Positions 1 through 9,838 of a stretch of 64,000 bases of DNA are shown piece by piece. The notes under the pieces are model-generated. The model did not search any database and was not told the origin of the DNA. It saw only the letters and a program-made list of their open reading frames with translations. The position numbers and the translations under genes are program-made. The stretch comes from Arenicellales bacterium. Lineage in GTDB: Bacteria; Pseudomonadota; Gammaproteobacteria; Arenicellales; JAJDZL01. How positions within the stretch are numbered: the stretch's first letter is position 1; the number at the start of each line of letters is the position of its first letter. The stretch lies in NCBI GenBank assembly GCA_965202855.1, contig CBDBBP010000004.1, positions 1,107,213-1,171,212 of the forward strand. The letters run 5' to 3'.

Positions 1-117
1 GCCGAACTTTGCGGAAAAGACCACGGTTTTATGCCCATCGTAGTCGAGGTGTTGACACCGGAAGAATTTGATGACTGGGTGGCAGAACAACAAACGCAGG
101 TAGCAGCCGTTGATTAA
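1..117 (+). CDS. coxB: cytochrome c oxidase subunit II, C-terminal end (gene starts upstream of the window)
   Basis: Frame 1 reads AELCGKDHGFMPIVVEVLTPEEFDDWVAEQQTQVAAVD-stop. This contains the C-x3-H-x2-M part of a CuA site and lies directly upstream of subunit I. Confidence 0.8.
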   Translation, partial: AELCGKDHGFMPIVVEVLTPEEFDDWVAEQQTQVAAVD

Positions 118-221
118 GAAACTATTTAGGGGATTTTATTCAACCTGCTGAAAACAAAGCAAAAATTTTAGAATTTTAAAATTCGTAAACGATCATTTGA
201 AAAAAGATAATTTAGGAAATA

Positions 222-1808
222 TTGAAAATGGCAGTCGCGCACTCTGAAGCTCACGATCATCACGACCACAGACCGTCCGGCATCATGCGTTGGTTGACAA
301 CAACCAACCACAAGGATATCGGAACGATGTACCTGATCTTTTCGCTCACAATGTTTTTTGTCGGCGGAATCATGGCATTGGCAATTCGTGCCGAACTCTT
401 TCAGCCGGGATTGCAAGTTGTCAACCCGGAACTGTTCAATTCACTTACGACGATGCACGCGCTGATCATGATTTTCGGAGCCATCATGCCCGGCTTCGTA
501 GGATTCGCGAACTGGTTGATCCCCATGATGCTTGGCGCACCGGATATGGCGCTGCCTAGGCTGAACAACTGGAGTTTTTGGATTTTGCCTTTCGCTTTCA
601 CACTATTGCTCGGCAGCCTGTTCACGGCAGGTGGCGGACCTGCTTCTGGCTGGACACTGTATGCACCGTTATCCATTCAAGGCGGTGTCGGTGTGGATAT
701 GACGATTCTGTCGATCCACATGATGGGAATATCATCAGTCTTGGGAGCAATTAACATCATTGTTACAATCATGAATATGAGAGCTCCGGGCATGCTGCTG
801 ATGAAAATGCCTTTATTCGTGTGGACTTGGCTGATCACTGCTTTCTTGCTGATCGCTGCGATGCCAGTGCTTGCCGGCGCGGTCACAATGCTATTGACCG
901 ACCGCCACTTTGGGACCGCATTTTTTGATCCAGCTGGTGGCGGCGACCCCGTATTGTTTCAGCACATTTTCTGGTTTTTTGGACACCCTGAAGTTTACAT
1001 TCTGATTCTTCCGGCATTTGGGATCATTTCTCAAATCGTTCCAACATTTTCGCGAAAACCCCTCTTTGGTTATGACTCCATGGTTTTCGCAACTACGGGG
1101 ATCGCATTCTTATCCTTTATCGTGTGGGCACACCATATGTTCACTGTCGGCATGCCATTGAAAGGTGAGTTGTTCTTCATGTACGCCACGATGCTGATCG
1201 CTGTGCCGACTGGAGTAAAAGTATTCAACTGGGTCGCTACGATGTGGCGCGGTTCCATCACCTTCGAAACTCCTATGCTTTTTGCATTGGCCGTCGTGTT
1301 TCTCTTTACAATCGGTGGCTTGTCCGGGCTGATGCTAGCGATCGTGCCAGCGGATTTTCAATACCACGACACCTATTTTGTCGTAGCCCACTTCCACTAC
1401 GTGCTATTTTCGGGTTCAATCATGGCAATGATGGGTGCGACCTATTACTGGTTGCCCAAGTGGACGGGACGGATGTATCATGAGCGACTGGGCAAATGGC
1501 ATTTCTGGCTTACAACCATTTTCTTCAACATCACATTCTTCCCACAGCATTTTCTTGGACTGGCTGGAATGCCACGACGAATTCCGGATTATTCAACTCA
1601 GTTCACAGAATTCAACGTCATCTCCAGCATTGGAGCGTTTGGACTCGGTGTGGCACAACTGCTGTTTGTCTACGTGATCATCCAGTGTGTTCGAGGTAAA
1701 GCGGAGAAGGCTACCTCCCAAGTTTGGGAAGGAGCGGAAGGCCTTGAGTGGACTGTGGCATCTCCACCGCCATATCACACTTTCTCGACTCCACCCACTG
1801 TCAAGTAA
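222..1808 (+). CDS. coxA: cytochrome c oxidase (aa3-type) subunit I
   Basis: 528-aa polytopic ORF with heme-copper oxidase subunit I stretches [24 protein letters not shown] and VVAHFHYV. Confidence 0.97.
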   Translation: MKMAVAHSEAHDHHDHRPSGIMRWLTTTNHKDIGTMYLIFSLTMFFVGGIMALAIRAELFQPGLQVVNPELFNSLTTMHALIMIFGAIMPGFVGFANWLIPMMLGAPDMALPRLNNWSFWILPFAFTLLLGSLFTAGGGPASGWTLYAPLSIQGGVGVDMTILSIHMMGISSVLGAINIIVTIMNMRAPGMLLMKMPLFVWTWLITAFLLIAAMPVLAGAVTMLLTDRHFGTAFFDPAGGGDPVLFQHIFWFFGHPEVYILILPAFGIISQIVPTFSRKPLFGYDSMVFATTGIAFLSFIVWAHHMFTVGMPLKGELFFMYATMLIAVPTGVKVFNWVATMWRGSITFETPMLFALAVVFLFTIGGLSGLMLAIVPADFQYHDTYFVVAHFHYVLFSGSIMAMMGATYYWLPKWTGRMYHERLGKWHFWLTTIFFNITFFPQHFLGLAGMPRRIPDYSTQFTEFNVISSIGAFGLGVAQLLFVYVIIQCVRGKAEKATSQVWEGAEGLEWTVASPPPYHTFSTPPTVK

Positions 1809-1826
1809 AAACTTGGATATTGTGTG

Positions 1827-1928
1827 ATGCAAGAACATCGGCGCAAAAATTATCGGCTCGCTGCGATTCTAGGCGGCATCGCATTTGTGTTTTTCATATT
1901 GATCATGGTCAGTCAATCCATGGCTTAA
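1827..1928 (+). CDS. possible small single-TM protein between coxA and ctaG (33 aa, below the ORF-track cutoff)
   Basis: ATG at 1827 and TAA at 1926-1928. Translation is MQEHRRKNYRLAAILGGIAFVFFILIMVSQSMA, a basic N-terminus plus one hydrophobic helix. A small assembly protein commonly occupies this position in cox clusters. Confidence 0.4.
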   Translation: MQEHRRKNYRLAAILGGIAFVFFILIMVSQSMA

Positions 1929-1932
1929 CGAA

Positions 1933-2493
1933 ATGACAGAGAACACATTAAAGAAACGATCCAATCGGCGAACAATCATTGCGCTGACCGCAGCTGTGTT
2001 TTTGATGTTCGGATTTGGCTATGCTCTAGTACCGCTTTACGATCTGATCTGCGAAATTACCGGTGTTGGCGGCAAACCAGCGATTGCCGCATTACAGGCA
2101 AAAGAGGATGGTTCCGAAGTTGATCCAAATCGAGAGCTTACAATCGAATTTATCGACACATCGAACAATGGTCTAGCTTTAGAAGTTGAGCCCATGGTCA
2201 AAAAAACAAAAGTACGCCCGGGTGAAATTCACAAGCTTCAGTACGTCGTTGAAAACACATCCGATCGAGATTTTTACGTCCAAGCGATCCCCAGCGTAAC
2301 ACCCATTCAAGCTGCACCACATTTTGTGAAACTGGAATGTTTTTGTTTCGAAGTTCAGAAACTAGTCGCTGGAGAAAAAAGCGAATTGCCCGTGCGGTTT
2401 TATGTTGACACAAAGTCACCGACCGATATTAAAACCATCACTTTGTCGTACAGTTTTTTTGAAGTTCATCCAAAGAAAGAAAATCTAGGTTAA
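1933..2493 (+). CDS. ctaG: cytochrome c oxidase assembly protein CtaG/Cox11
   Basis: 186 aa with an N-terminal TM anchor and the Cox11 copper-binding CFCF motif (KLECFCFEVQ). Located between coxA and coxC. Confidence 0.9.
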   Translation: MTENTLKKRSNRRTIIALTAAVFLMFGFGYALVPLYDLICEITGVGGKPAIAALQAKEDGSEVDPNRELTIEFIDTSNNGLALEVEPMVKKTKVRPGEIHKLQYVVENTSDRDFYVQAIPSVTPIQAAPHFVKLECFCFEVQKLVAGEKSELPVRFYVDTKSPTDIKTITLSYSFFEVHPKKENLG

Positions 2494-2540
2494 TGGAACA
2501 GAAATCACAAGCACACCCGAACAAGATATAGAGGATAAAA

Positions 2541-3416
2541 ATGAGCGCGTCAAACGGCGATTATTATCTCCCCGAACCGAGTCCTTGGCCACTTGTAGCA
2601 TCAGTTGGACTGTTTACATTGGCAGGCGGGTTCGTCATGTTGATGAATGATGTCAACATGGCTCCTATCGTTATGCTGATCGGCGGCCTGATCATCGCGT
2701 TCATGATGTTCGGTTGGTTTGGTGTCGTGGTCAAAGAAAGCGAAGGTGGACAATACAACGTTCATGTTGATATTTCATTTCGAATGAGCATGCTTTGGTT
2801 TATCTTTTCAGAGGTCATGTTTTTCGGTGGATTTTTTGGCGCTCTTTTTTACCTTAGAAATCTTGCGGTTCCCTGGTTGGCAGAAACCGACATTTTGTGG
2901 TTGGGGTTTGAAGGTGGATGGCCGACAGCCGGCCCAATGGGGCCTGATCTCCTCCCCGCAGATACCGTAGCGGCAGCCGGTCAGTTTTCTACTATCGGCG
3001 CTTGGGGAATCCCAGTTTGGAATACCATAATTCTGCTGAGCTCCAGCGTGACCGTAACCATTGCTCACTGGGCACTCAAGAAAGGGCAGCGCACTTCCTT
3101 AAACGTCTGGCTGGCAATCACGGTGGTTCTAGGATTTTTGTTCCTCTATCTGCAGGCGGCAGAGTATATTCATGCTTACTCAGAACTAGGTCTCACACTT
3201 GGTACCGGCGTCTACGGCGCTACGTTTTTTATGCTGACTGGATTTCACGGGGCTCATGTTACCATCGGAGCGATCATTTTAGCTGTCATATTAGTACGGT
3301 GTATCAGAGGGCATTTCAAACCTGATCACCATTTTGGCTTTGAAGCAGCCGCATGGTATTGGCATTTTGTGGATACAGTCTGGGTGGGTTTGTTTATATT
3401 TGTCTACGTAGTCTGA
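2541..3416 (+). CDS. coxC: cytochrome c oxidase subunit III
   Basis: 291-aa 7-TM protein. The C-terminal AAAWYWHFVDTVWVGLF is typical of subunit III. Cluster context supports the call. Confidence 0.95.
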   Translation: MSASNGDYYLPEPSPWPLVASVGLFTLAGGFVMLMNDVNMAPIVMLIGGLIIAFMMFGWFGVVVKESEGGQYNVHVDISFRMSMLWFIFSEVMFFGGFFGALFYLRNLAVPWLAETDILWLGFEGGWPTAGPMGPDLLPADTVAAAGQFSTIGAWGIPVWNTIILLSSSVTVTIAHWALKKGQRTSLNVWLAITVVLGFLFLYLQAAEYIHAYSELGLTLGTGVYGATFFMLTGFHGAHVTIGAIILAVILVRCIRGHFKPDHHFGFEAAAWYWHFVDTVWVGLFIFVYVV

Positions 3417-3432
3417 GGCAGTGCAGACAAAT

Positions 3433-3681
3433 TTATTCGGTAGCAGAATTCTTAGGCGGCATCGGGATTGTATTGCTCGGCGTGATCCAGCCCGTGTAGA
3501 TTCCACCTACGATAATTGCAAGCAACAAAACCCAAATTGAAACTCGTGCAGTAAGAGCTTTTACCGTTCGGTCGGTCTTGCCACGGTCTTTCATCATGTA
3601 CCAGAAGGCAGAGCCCAAACTGCCAATCATCAACAGCATCAATAAGGCGATTATCAGTTTATCGAGTGGCACAACTTTCAA
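3433..3681 (-). CDS. twin-transmembrane-helix small protein (HIG1/DUF2909-like)
   Basis: 82 aa with two hydrophobic helices separated by a basic loop (KDRGKTDRTVK). This is the usual position between coxC and SURF1. Confidence 0.55.
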   Translation of the reverse strand: MKVVPLDKLIIALLMLLMIGSLGSAFWYMMKDRGKTDRTVKALTARVSIWVLLLAIIVGGIYTGWITPSNTIPMPPKNSATE

Positions 3682-3739
3682 TCTTTCGTTTTCACTGTCA
3701 TTATTTTAGCAGTGAACATGGTTCGAATGAATTGACGCC

Positions 3740-4477
3740 ATGTTGAAAGTTCAAATTCGCCCTCGTCTCATTCCAACTATCTGCACTTTAATTCTCGTAC
3801 CGATTCTTGCTGCACTGGGAATGTGGCAGCTAGACCGAGCCAAGCAAAAAACGGAGATTCAAATTAAACAGCAAAGCCGGTATTCTGCACCGCCTATCGA
3901 GCTTGGGATTGATATTGCACTGCCTCAGGATATTGAGTTTTATCCCATACGGGCCACTGGAAGCTGGGATGAAACTCACCAGTTCTATTTGGATAATCGA
4001 ATTCTTGCGGGTCGCGCTGGATACCACGTCATTACACCTCTTTTGTTGCAAGACGCTAAGACTGCAGTTCTAGTGAATCGCGGATGGATTTTGGCTTCGC
4101 CCGACCGATCAGAGTTGCCAGCGGTGGCAGCAATTGGCGGAGAAACGACCGTTACTGGAATCGCGGTCGTTCCACCCGCAGATGTTTTCCAGCTCGAAGA
4201 ACAGGCGCCCATTCAAGGAAATTGGGAATCTGTCTGGCAATCCTTGGATCTGGTTCGTTTTGACGAAGCAGTGCCTTATTCAACGATGAACTTTGTCATT
4301 CAACTGAATAATGAACACCCAGATGGATTTGAACGTCGATGGAATCCGCCAAGTGACGAGTGGATCCTAAGGCATAAGGCCTATGCTTTTCAGTGGTTTG
4401 CGTTGTGTGCGACACTGCTTGTGATATACTGCCTTCTTACTTTTCGACCGATCCCTGAATCAAATTCTGAACAATAA
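3740..4477 (+). CDS. SURF1 family cytochrome oxidase biogenesis protein
   Basis: 245 aa with N- and C-terminal TM helices flanking a periplasmic domain. Has the WQLDRAKQK and VLVNRGW motifs typical of SURF1/Shy1. Confidence 0.85.
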   Translation: MLKVQIRPRLIPTICTLILVPILAALGMWQLDRAKQKTEIQIKQQSRYSAPPIELGIDIALPQDIEFYPIRATGSWDETHQFYLDNRILAGRAGYHVITPLLLQDAKTAVLVNRGWILASPDRSELPAVAAIGGETTVTGIAVVPPADVFQLEEQAPIQGNWESVWQSLDLVRFDEAVPYSTMNFVIQLNNEHPDGFERRWNPPSDEWILRHKAYAFQWFALCATLLVIYCLLTFRPIPESNSEQ

Positions 4478-4604
4478 TTACTTGAGTGATTGGATCATTT
4501 TCAATAAATCCAAGAAGTTCAAACTACCTTGTCATATGTTCGGAAATGTAAGACTATGCAATCGAAATATCTCAAGGAATAGACAGCGCATCTTCAGTAG
4601 TTGA

Positions 4605-5528
4605 ATGAATTCTAACGTTTCTGCCCAAGCACATCGAACACAGAATTATCCCGCTCGAGCGGTGCTTAGGGATTATTTTCGAATCACTAAGCCTCGTGTT
4701 GTCGCTCTCATCATGTTCACTGCAATAGTGGGCATGTTTTTGGCAACAAGTCAGCTGCCTGACCTTAACTCGTTATTGTTAGCAACGTTCGGCATTGGAC
4801 TCGCTGCTGCTGCAGGAGCTGCAGTGAACCACATTCTGGATGAAGACAAAGATTCGCTGATGAAGCGAACCCGAAATCGTCCGCTTCCATCGGGCCGGCT
4901 GGAATCGACGCCAGCATTGGTTTTCGCTTGTTTACTAGCAGCATTGTCGATGTTGGTTCTTACGATTGGCGTAAATCCACTTACTGCGATGCTTACCTTT
5001 GCGTCGTTGATCGGGTATGCAGTGATTTATACGATCTTCCTGAAACACGCCACACCTCAAAATATTGTCATAGGGGGTGCCGCGGGGGCGATGCCTCCGG
5101 TTCTTGGCTGGACTGCCATGACCGGTGAACTTCATTCAAACGCGTTTCTTTTGTTCCTGATCATCTTTTGCTGGACACCGCCACATTTTTGGGCATTGGC
5201 CCTATATCGAGCCAAGGACTATCAAAACGCGAAGATACCAATGCTGCCGGTAACCCACGGGCGGAAATACACTCTATTGCACATTTTGCTGTACACGATT
5301 CTCTTGGTGGCGGTTACAATTATGCCTTTTGCGGCAGGCATGTTTGGGCTTTACTATCTCGCCGCTGCGATTGTGCTTAATGGTGTGATTATCATTTTCG
5401 CACTTCGACTCTATTTCAACTACAGCGATCAGCTATCGCGCAAGATGTTCCGCTATTCCATTCAATATCTATCGTTACTTTTTGCTGCAATGTTGATCGA
5501 TCACTACTTTTATGTAGCTGCGATTTAG
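4605..5528 (+). CDS. cyoE: protoheme IX farnesyltransferase (heme o synthase)
   Basis: 307-aa polytopic UbiA-family protein with the Asp-rich NHILDEDKD motif and the WTPPHFWALAL motif. Sits at the end of the cox cluster. Confidence 0.93.
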   Translation: MNSNVSAQAHRTQNYPARAVLRDYFRITKPRVVALIMFTAIVGMFLATSQLPDLNSLLLATFGIGLAAAAGAAVNHILDEDKDSLMKRTRNRPLPSGRLESTPALVFACLLAALSMLVLTIGVNPLTAMLTFASLIGYAVIYTIFLKHATPQNIVIGGAAGAMPPVLGWTAMTGELHSNAFLLFLIIFCWTPPHFWALALYRAKDYQNAKIPMLPVTHGRKYTLLHILLYTILLVAVTIMPFAAGMFGLYYLAAAIVLNGVIIIFALRLYFNYSDQLSRKMFRYSIQYLSLLFAAMLIDHYFYVAAI

Positions 5529-5587
5529 CCAAACATTCTTATTTGCAGGAATGTGAGCCACGAACCATTGAATCGATTGATTCATCC

Positions 5588-6955
5588 GTGATATCAAGTA
5601 TCGAAGCACTCTCACCTCTGGATGGCCGATATGGCTCAAGGGTAAGACCTCTACGCAAAATTTTTAGCGAATTTGGCTTAATCAAGTTTCGCGTACACGT
5701 TGAAATCGAATGGCTCATAACCCTTGCCAATCGCGAAGAAGTTGACGAACTAGGTTGTTTTTCGGATCAAGTGATTGAAGAGCTGCGAGCCATTGCCGAC
5801 AGCTTTTCAGCGATTGAAGCTGAAGCTGTAAAAAAGATTGAACGCCAAACCAACCACGATGTCAAAGCGCTTGAATATTATCTAAAAGATCGCCTGCAGA
5901 ACATTTCCGAACTGCAAAACAGTTTGGAATTCATCCACTTTGGGTGCACTTCCTACGACATCAACGACAATTGCTTCGGTCTGATGTTGAAACAGTCGCG
6001 TGACCATGTCCTTCACCCACAGCTGGTGACTTTAAATTCCAAGTTATCCGCACTCGCGGTTCGTTATGCAGATGTGCCGATGTTAGCTCGAACTCATGGT
6101 CAGCCCGCATCGCCCACAACAGTAGGAAAGGAGCTGAGGGTGTTTTCACACCGACTAGACGATCAGATGCAGAAATTGATGTCGATCTCGATCAAGGGCA
6201 AGCTGAGTGGAGCTGTCGGCAACTTCAATGCGTTTTACTGCGCTTACCCGGATGTTGATTGGCCGGGCATCGCTCAACAATTTGTCGAAAGTCTTGGTTT
6301 GGATTACAGTCCGCTGACCACTCAAATTGAGCCCCATGACTACATCGCTGAACTCTGTCACTGCTACCAGCGAATCAACACAATCTTGATCGACTTATGC
6401 CGAGACCTATGGGGATACATAGCTCTTGGTTACTTTAAACAGAAAGCAGTTCGCGACGAAGTCGGGTCTTCCGCAATGCCACACAAGATCAATCCAATTG
6501 ATTTCGAAAATGCTGAAGGCAATTTGGGCGTTGCAAATTCCCTGTTCAGTCATTTTGCTGAAAAACTTCCGATCAGTCGCTGGCAAAGAGACCTGAGCGA
6601 TTCCACCGTACTGAGAAATCTCGGTGTTGCGGCAGGTCACAGTCTAATTTCATACCAAGCTGTCGTTGCTGGCTTGAATAAAATTGAAGTCAACGAAATT
6701 CAAATTAATCGAGATTTGGAAATTTCCTGGGAAGTTCTGAGTGAAGCAATTCAAACAGTACTTCGCAAACACGGCAGTGAGCTGCCCTATGAAAAACTAA
6801 AGAGTTTAACCAGAGGTGTCACCGTAGATCGAGAGACCATTGGCGACTTTATTGGTCAGCTCAATTTACCCCCTGCAGAAAAGCAAAAGCTTCTGGAATT
6901 AACTCCGCAAAATTACATCGGAATCGCTAAAGAACTTGCGCATGACGAATTTTGA
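5588..6955 (+). CDS. purB: adenylosuccinate lyase
   Basis: The ORF is open from 5543. GTG at 5588 gives an N-terminus (ISSIEALSPLDGRYGSRV) that matches the canonical PurB start. Fumarate-lyase signature GSSAMPHKINP is present. Confidence 0.95.
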   Translation: MISSIEALSPLDGRYGSRVRPLRKIFSEFGLIKFRVHVEIEWLITLANREEVDELGCFSDQVIEELRAIADSFSAIEAEAVKKIERQTNHDVKALEYYLKDRLQNISELQNSLEFIHFGCTSYDINDNCFGLMLKQSRDHVLHPQLVTLNSKLSALAVRYADVPMLARTHGQPASPTTVGKELRVFSHRLDDQMQKLMSISIKGKLSGAVGNFNAFYCAYPDVDWPGIAQQFVESLGLDYSPLTTQIEPHDYIAELCHCYQRINTILIDLCRDLWGYIALGYFKQKAVRDEVGSSAMPHKINPIDFENAEGNLGVANSLFSHFAEKLPISRWQRDLSDSTVLRNLGVAAGHSLISYQAVVAGLNKIEVNEIQINRDLEISWEVLSEAIQTVLRKHGSELPYEKLKSLTRGVTVDRETIGDFIGQLNLPPAEKQKLLELTPQNYIGIAKELAHDEF

Positions 6956-6985
6956 GTTCGGACTAGAAATTTTCCAGCAGCCAAA

Positions 6986-7588
6986 TCAACGTCCACAATT
7001 ATCAGCAATTTGATAGAACAAAGCTTGATCTGAAACATCAAACTCAAAAAAACTCAGCAAGGATTGATCGTCTAAAGTCAGACCGAAACTGCTGATCAAT
7101 GGATCAAACAATCTTCCAAGCGCTGTTATTATGAATTCGTAGTCGCGCGATTCCCTCCCCATGTAAAACACAAATATCGCTGACTGAGTATCCGACACAG
7201 CCAACCACTCCAGTGTCATCTGATCAGCATCGGACTTAAGAGTTATTTTTCTGCTCGGTGAATTTACGGGAACAGATTCGTGCGTTAGGATCAATGAAAT
7301 CCCGGGGTGACAATTGATTGAAATGGTTGGATGATTCTTCGGCTCGGGAGGAACATAGTATCCTCTGCACACTAATGATCGACCTGGAGTGACTACCAAA
7401 CAATTTTCAGATTGAACGGGGTCTGGTCCGATGTGGTCCGACTGAATTGAGAACGTCGAACTGGAGTACAACACTGTCCCCACACAGAGCATGACAGCTA
7501 GAGTCAAACTTTTGGAAACTCTATTCACCCAATCTGAAGGATGGATCTTTTTACTCAAGTTGGATGGTTTAACCTTGGCAAATTTCAT
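6986..7588 (-). CDS. hypothetical secreted protein (paralog of the next gene)
   Basis: 200 aa with an N-terminal hydrophobic signal-like segment (LTLAVMLCVGTVLYSSS). No motif I recognise. Shares an NC..C..NHP..S..C pattern with the 7569-8093 product. Confidence 0.5.
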   Translation of the reverse strand: MKFAKVKPSNLSKKIHPSDWVNRVSKSLTLAVMLCVGTVLYSSSTFSIQSDHIGPDPVQSENCLVVTPGRSLVCRGYYVPPEPKNHPTISINCHPGISLILTHESVPVNSPSRKITLKSDADQMTLEWLAVSDTQSAIFVFYMGRESRDYEFIITALGRLFDPLISSFGLTLDDQSLLSFFEFDVSDQALFYQIADNCGR

Positions 7589-8093
7589 AAAAGACTTCTA
7601 CTGCTCGCCATTCTGATCCAGACAATTCAATTTTTCCGCTAATATCATTTAAAGCAATTTCGAAATGCAGTTCATTGGCAGCTGTGTTGAACAGCGCCTG
7701 CAGTAATTTGTTGAAGCCTCGATTGGATGGGTCAACTCGGTTCGACAGAAAGGATTCCTTCGTGTCAGCCGCCATCCATGTGTCCGTAAACTGAGCACCT
7801 CCAAAATTAAATGTAATCGAGCGTATTGTGGAATCTGTATCGATAGAGTCATGACTCAAAAGAACTGCATGATAATCGTCGAAACAAACAAATGACAAGA
7901 ACGGATGAGAATTGTCTTGAGACAGTGGATGTTTTTGACCACAATAAAGAAAACCTTCGTCCGCCGTCCAACAATTGCCGGCTTGAATCCATTCGATTTC
8001 ACTGGTTTCTGTCTGGGCGAATAAAAGTCCGCTGAGCACCCACGATAATGTGGCAATAACAGAAGCCAATACTCGATTTTTCAGTGATGTCAT
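7569..8093 (-). CDS. hypothetical secreted protein (tandem paralog)
   Basis: The ORF is open to 8264, but ATG at 8093 gives a clean signal peptide (MTSLKNRVLASVIATLSWVLSGLLFAQ). Its 3' end overlaps the start of the downstream paralog by 20 nt. Confidence 0.5.
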   Translation of the reverse strand: MTSLKNRVLASVIATLSWVLSGLLFAQTETSEIEWIQAGNCWTADEGFLYCGQKHPLSQDNSHPFLSFVCFDDYHAVLLSHDSIDTDSTIRSITFNFGGAQFTDTWMAADTKESFLSNRVDPSNRGFNKLLQALFNTAANELHFEIALNDISGKIELSGSEWRAVEVFYEICQG

Positions 8094-8513
8094 TGTCCAA
8101 AAGCCGAATTGAAGATAAAAGTTTACGGTCTGCTTTAATTTGAGTGAATTATGTTGATATGGTTTCAATTTATACTCTAATCCAAAATCCGATACCATGA
8201 ATCCATAAGAAAAGCCTTGTATATCATGGTCTTGAAGATCAAATAGATATATTGCAATGCACACCTAGATGCCAATGAATTGCAATACATCACCGCCCGT
8301 TGCCTTTGTCGATGCTGATGTCACCCTCAAATCAGTGGGAGTAGGCTGTAGTTTCGGAATCAGCATTCAATTGGCCTGTCAATGTTCGGATTTGGGAATC
8401 TTGCTGCAAATGCAATTCTGAATTTATCTCATCGGAGAAATTTCTGTTACAATGATTTGTGGACACTTCATCTCCGGAACCAGAGTTTACTGGTTCGGCC
8501 TTAGAGGCCCCTT

Positions 8514-8563
8514 GGCACGTAGATGCCCGAATTAATTTGACACATAGATGTCCAAATTAATTT
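8514..8563. repeat. two tandem 25-nt units, each containing a 4-bp hairpin
   Basis: GGCACGTAGATGCCCGAATTAATTT is followed directly by GACACATAGATGTCCAAATTAATTT (21/25 identical). Two of the four substitutions are compensatory within the GGCA..TGCC / GACA..TGTC stem. Confidence 0.6.
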
Positions 8564-9123
8564 TTTGAGAGGAGTGTCCATTTCATTTTAGAAGGAAGTT
8601 TTCGAGCGGCGATGGGATTCCTTTCTGTTACCTCTGATTTGATTGCTTCAACTTCGTCATTGACCAGAATCTCTTCCATGACTTTCCGCAGTTGCTTAAA
8701 TCCGCACAACCTGCATCAATTGTTCTCTGTACATTGACTCTAAATGCCCAACATCCCAATGCGGTTCAAGCATTTCCGGGATGACGTCTTTGCCAAAGCA
8801 GAATATAGCAATTAAACAAATTCACGTTGCGTTAGTTCTGCAATCTGGACTTCTCGCGCATTTTGTAACAACCTCTTCTCGTATGATCCACCCCTGTGCC
8901 ATATGTCGATAGATTTACTGCCATAAAATGGTTTGATTCGCTGTTTTCCACCGAAGCGCAGAGTTCGAGAGAACATTGAATCCAAAACTCGACAAAAGCA
9001 TAAGAGAATAGCCATTTATAGTAGTTAACAAGCTCAGTCTTCGTTTGAGAATATCAGGTATTATGTTCATATAAACAATACTTTAAGATTTCAAATAAAC
9101 GCTGGTATGTAGTTTTTAGAACG

Positions 9124-9837
9124 ATGAGATTAACAAAATACCTTGCACAGAACGGCTTCTGTTCCCGTCGAGAAGCGGAAATGTATATTCGACGAGGATG
9201 GCTTAAAGTCGATGGCGAAAAGGTAACTCGAGTGAACACTGAAGTAAATGCGATGAGTCAGATTGATGTACTCCCTGCACTTATAAACCACCAAAATCAG
9301 TTAATAACAATTTTGTTGCACAAACCCGTGGGCTATGTTTCGGGACAACCTGAAAAAGGCTATCGAACCGCTGCATCGCTGCTCGTGAAAGAACGTCGAT
9401 ATGGATCGAAATCTCGCAAAATTAAGTGGCCCCTTAAACGTTTGGCACCTGCCGGTCGACTTGATATTGATTCAAGTGGTCTGCTTGTATTCAGCCAGGA
9501 TGGTCGCATCCCACGCCAATTGATTGGACCCGAATCCACAATTGAAAAGGAGTACTTGGTCAGAGTGAATCGTCGAGTCAGCTCAAAACAAATTGACAAA
9601 TTAACCTACGGATTGAAATTAGACAACGTGCAGTTAAGAGAGGCAAAAGTTAAACAAATCGATACAAATTTTCTGCAGATCATTTTGACTCAGGGGCGCA
9701 AACGTCAAATACGAAGAATGTGTGGATTGGTTGGGCTTCAGGTTACTGGCCTGAAACGAGTGCGCATTGGCAATGTTCGTTTGGGTTCACTGCCCTCCGG
9801 CCACTGGCGTTTACTTGGTAAGAACGAGAATTTTTGA
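9124..9837 (+). CDS. RsuA/RluB/E/F-family pseudouridine synthase
   Basis: N-terminal S4 domain (RLTKYLAQNGFCSRREAE) and catalytic motif GRLDIDSSGLLVFSQDG. Confidence 0.9.
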   Translation: MRLTKYLAQNGFCSRREAEMYIRRGWLKVDGEKVTRVNTEVNAMSQIDVLPALINHQNQLITILLHKPVGYVSGQPEKGYRTAASLLVKERRYGSKSRKIKWPLKRLAPAGRLDIDSSGLLVFSQDGRIPRQLIGPESTIEKEYLVRVNRRVSSKQIDKLTYGLKLDNVQLREAKVKQIDTNFLQIILTQGRKRQIRRMCGLVGLQVTGLKRVRIGNVRLGSLPSGHWRLLGKNENF

Positions 9838-9838
9838 C

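Noticed and set aside
5543-5587. 15-codon N-terminal extension of purB from a TTG start
   Set aside because: PurB proteins begin just before the conserved L(S/T)..SP.DGRY segment. The in-frame GTG at 5588 fits that, and the extension (QECEPRTIESIDSS) does not.
9767-9838. Upstream 24-codon extension of pyrD overlapping the pseudouridine synthase gene
   Set aside because: The extension has no similarity to PyrD N-termini. GTG at 9839, just after the upstream stop, gives the canonical start.
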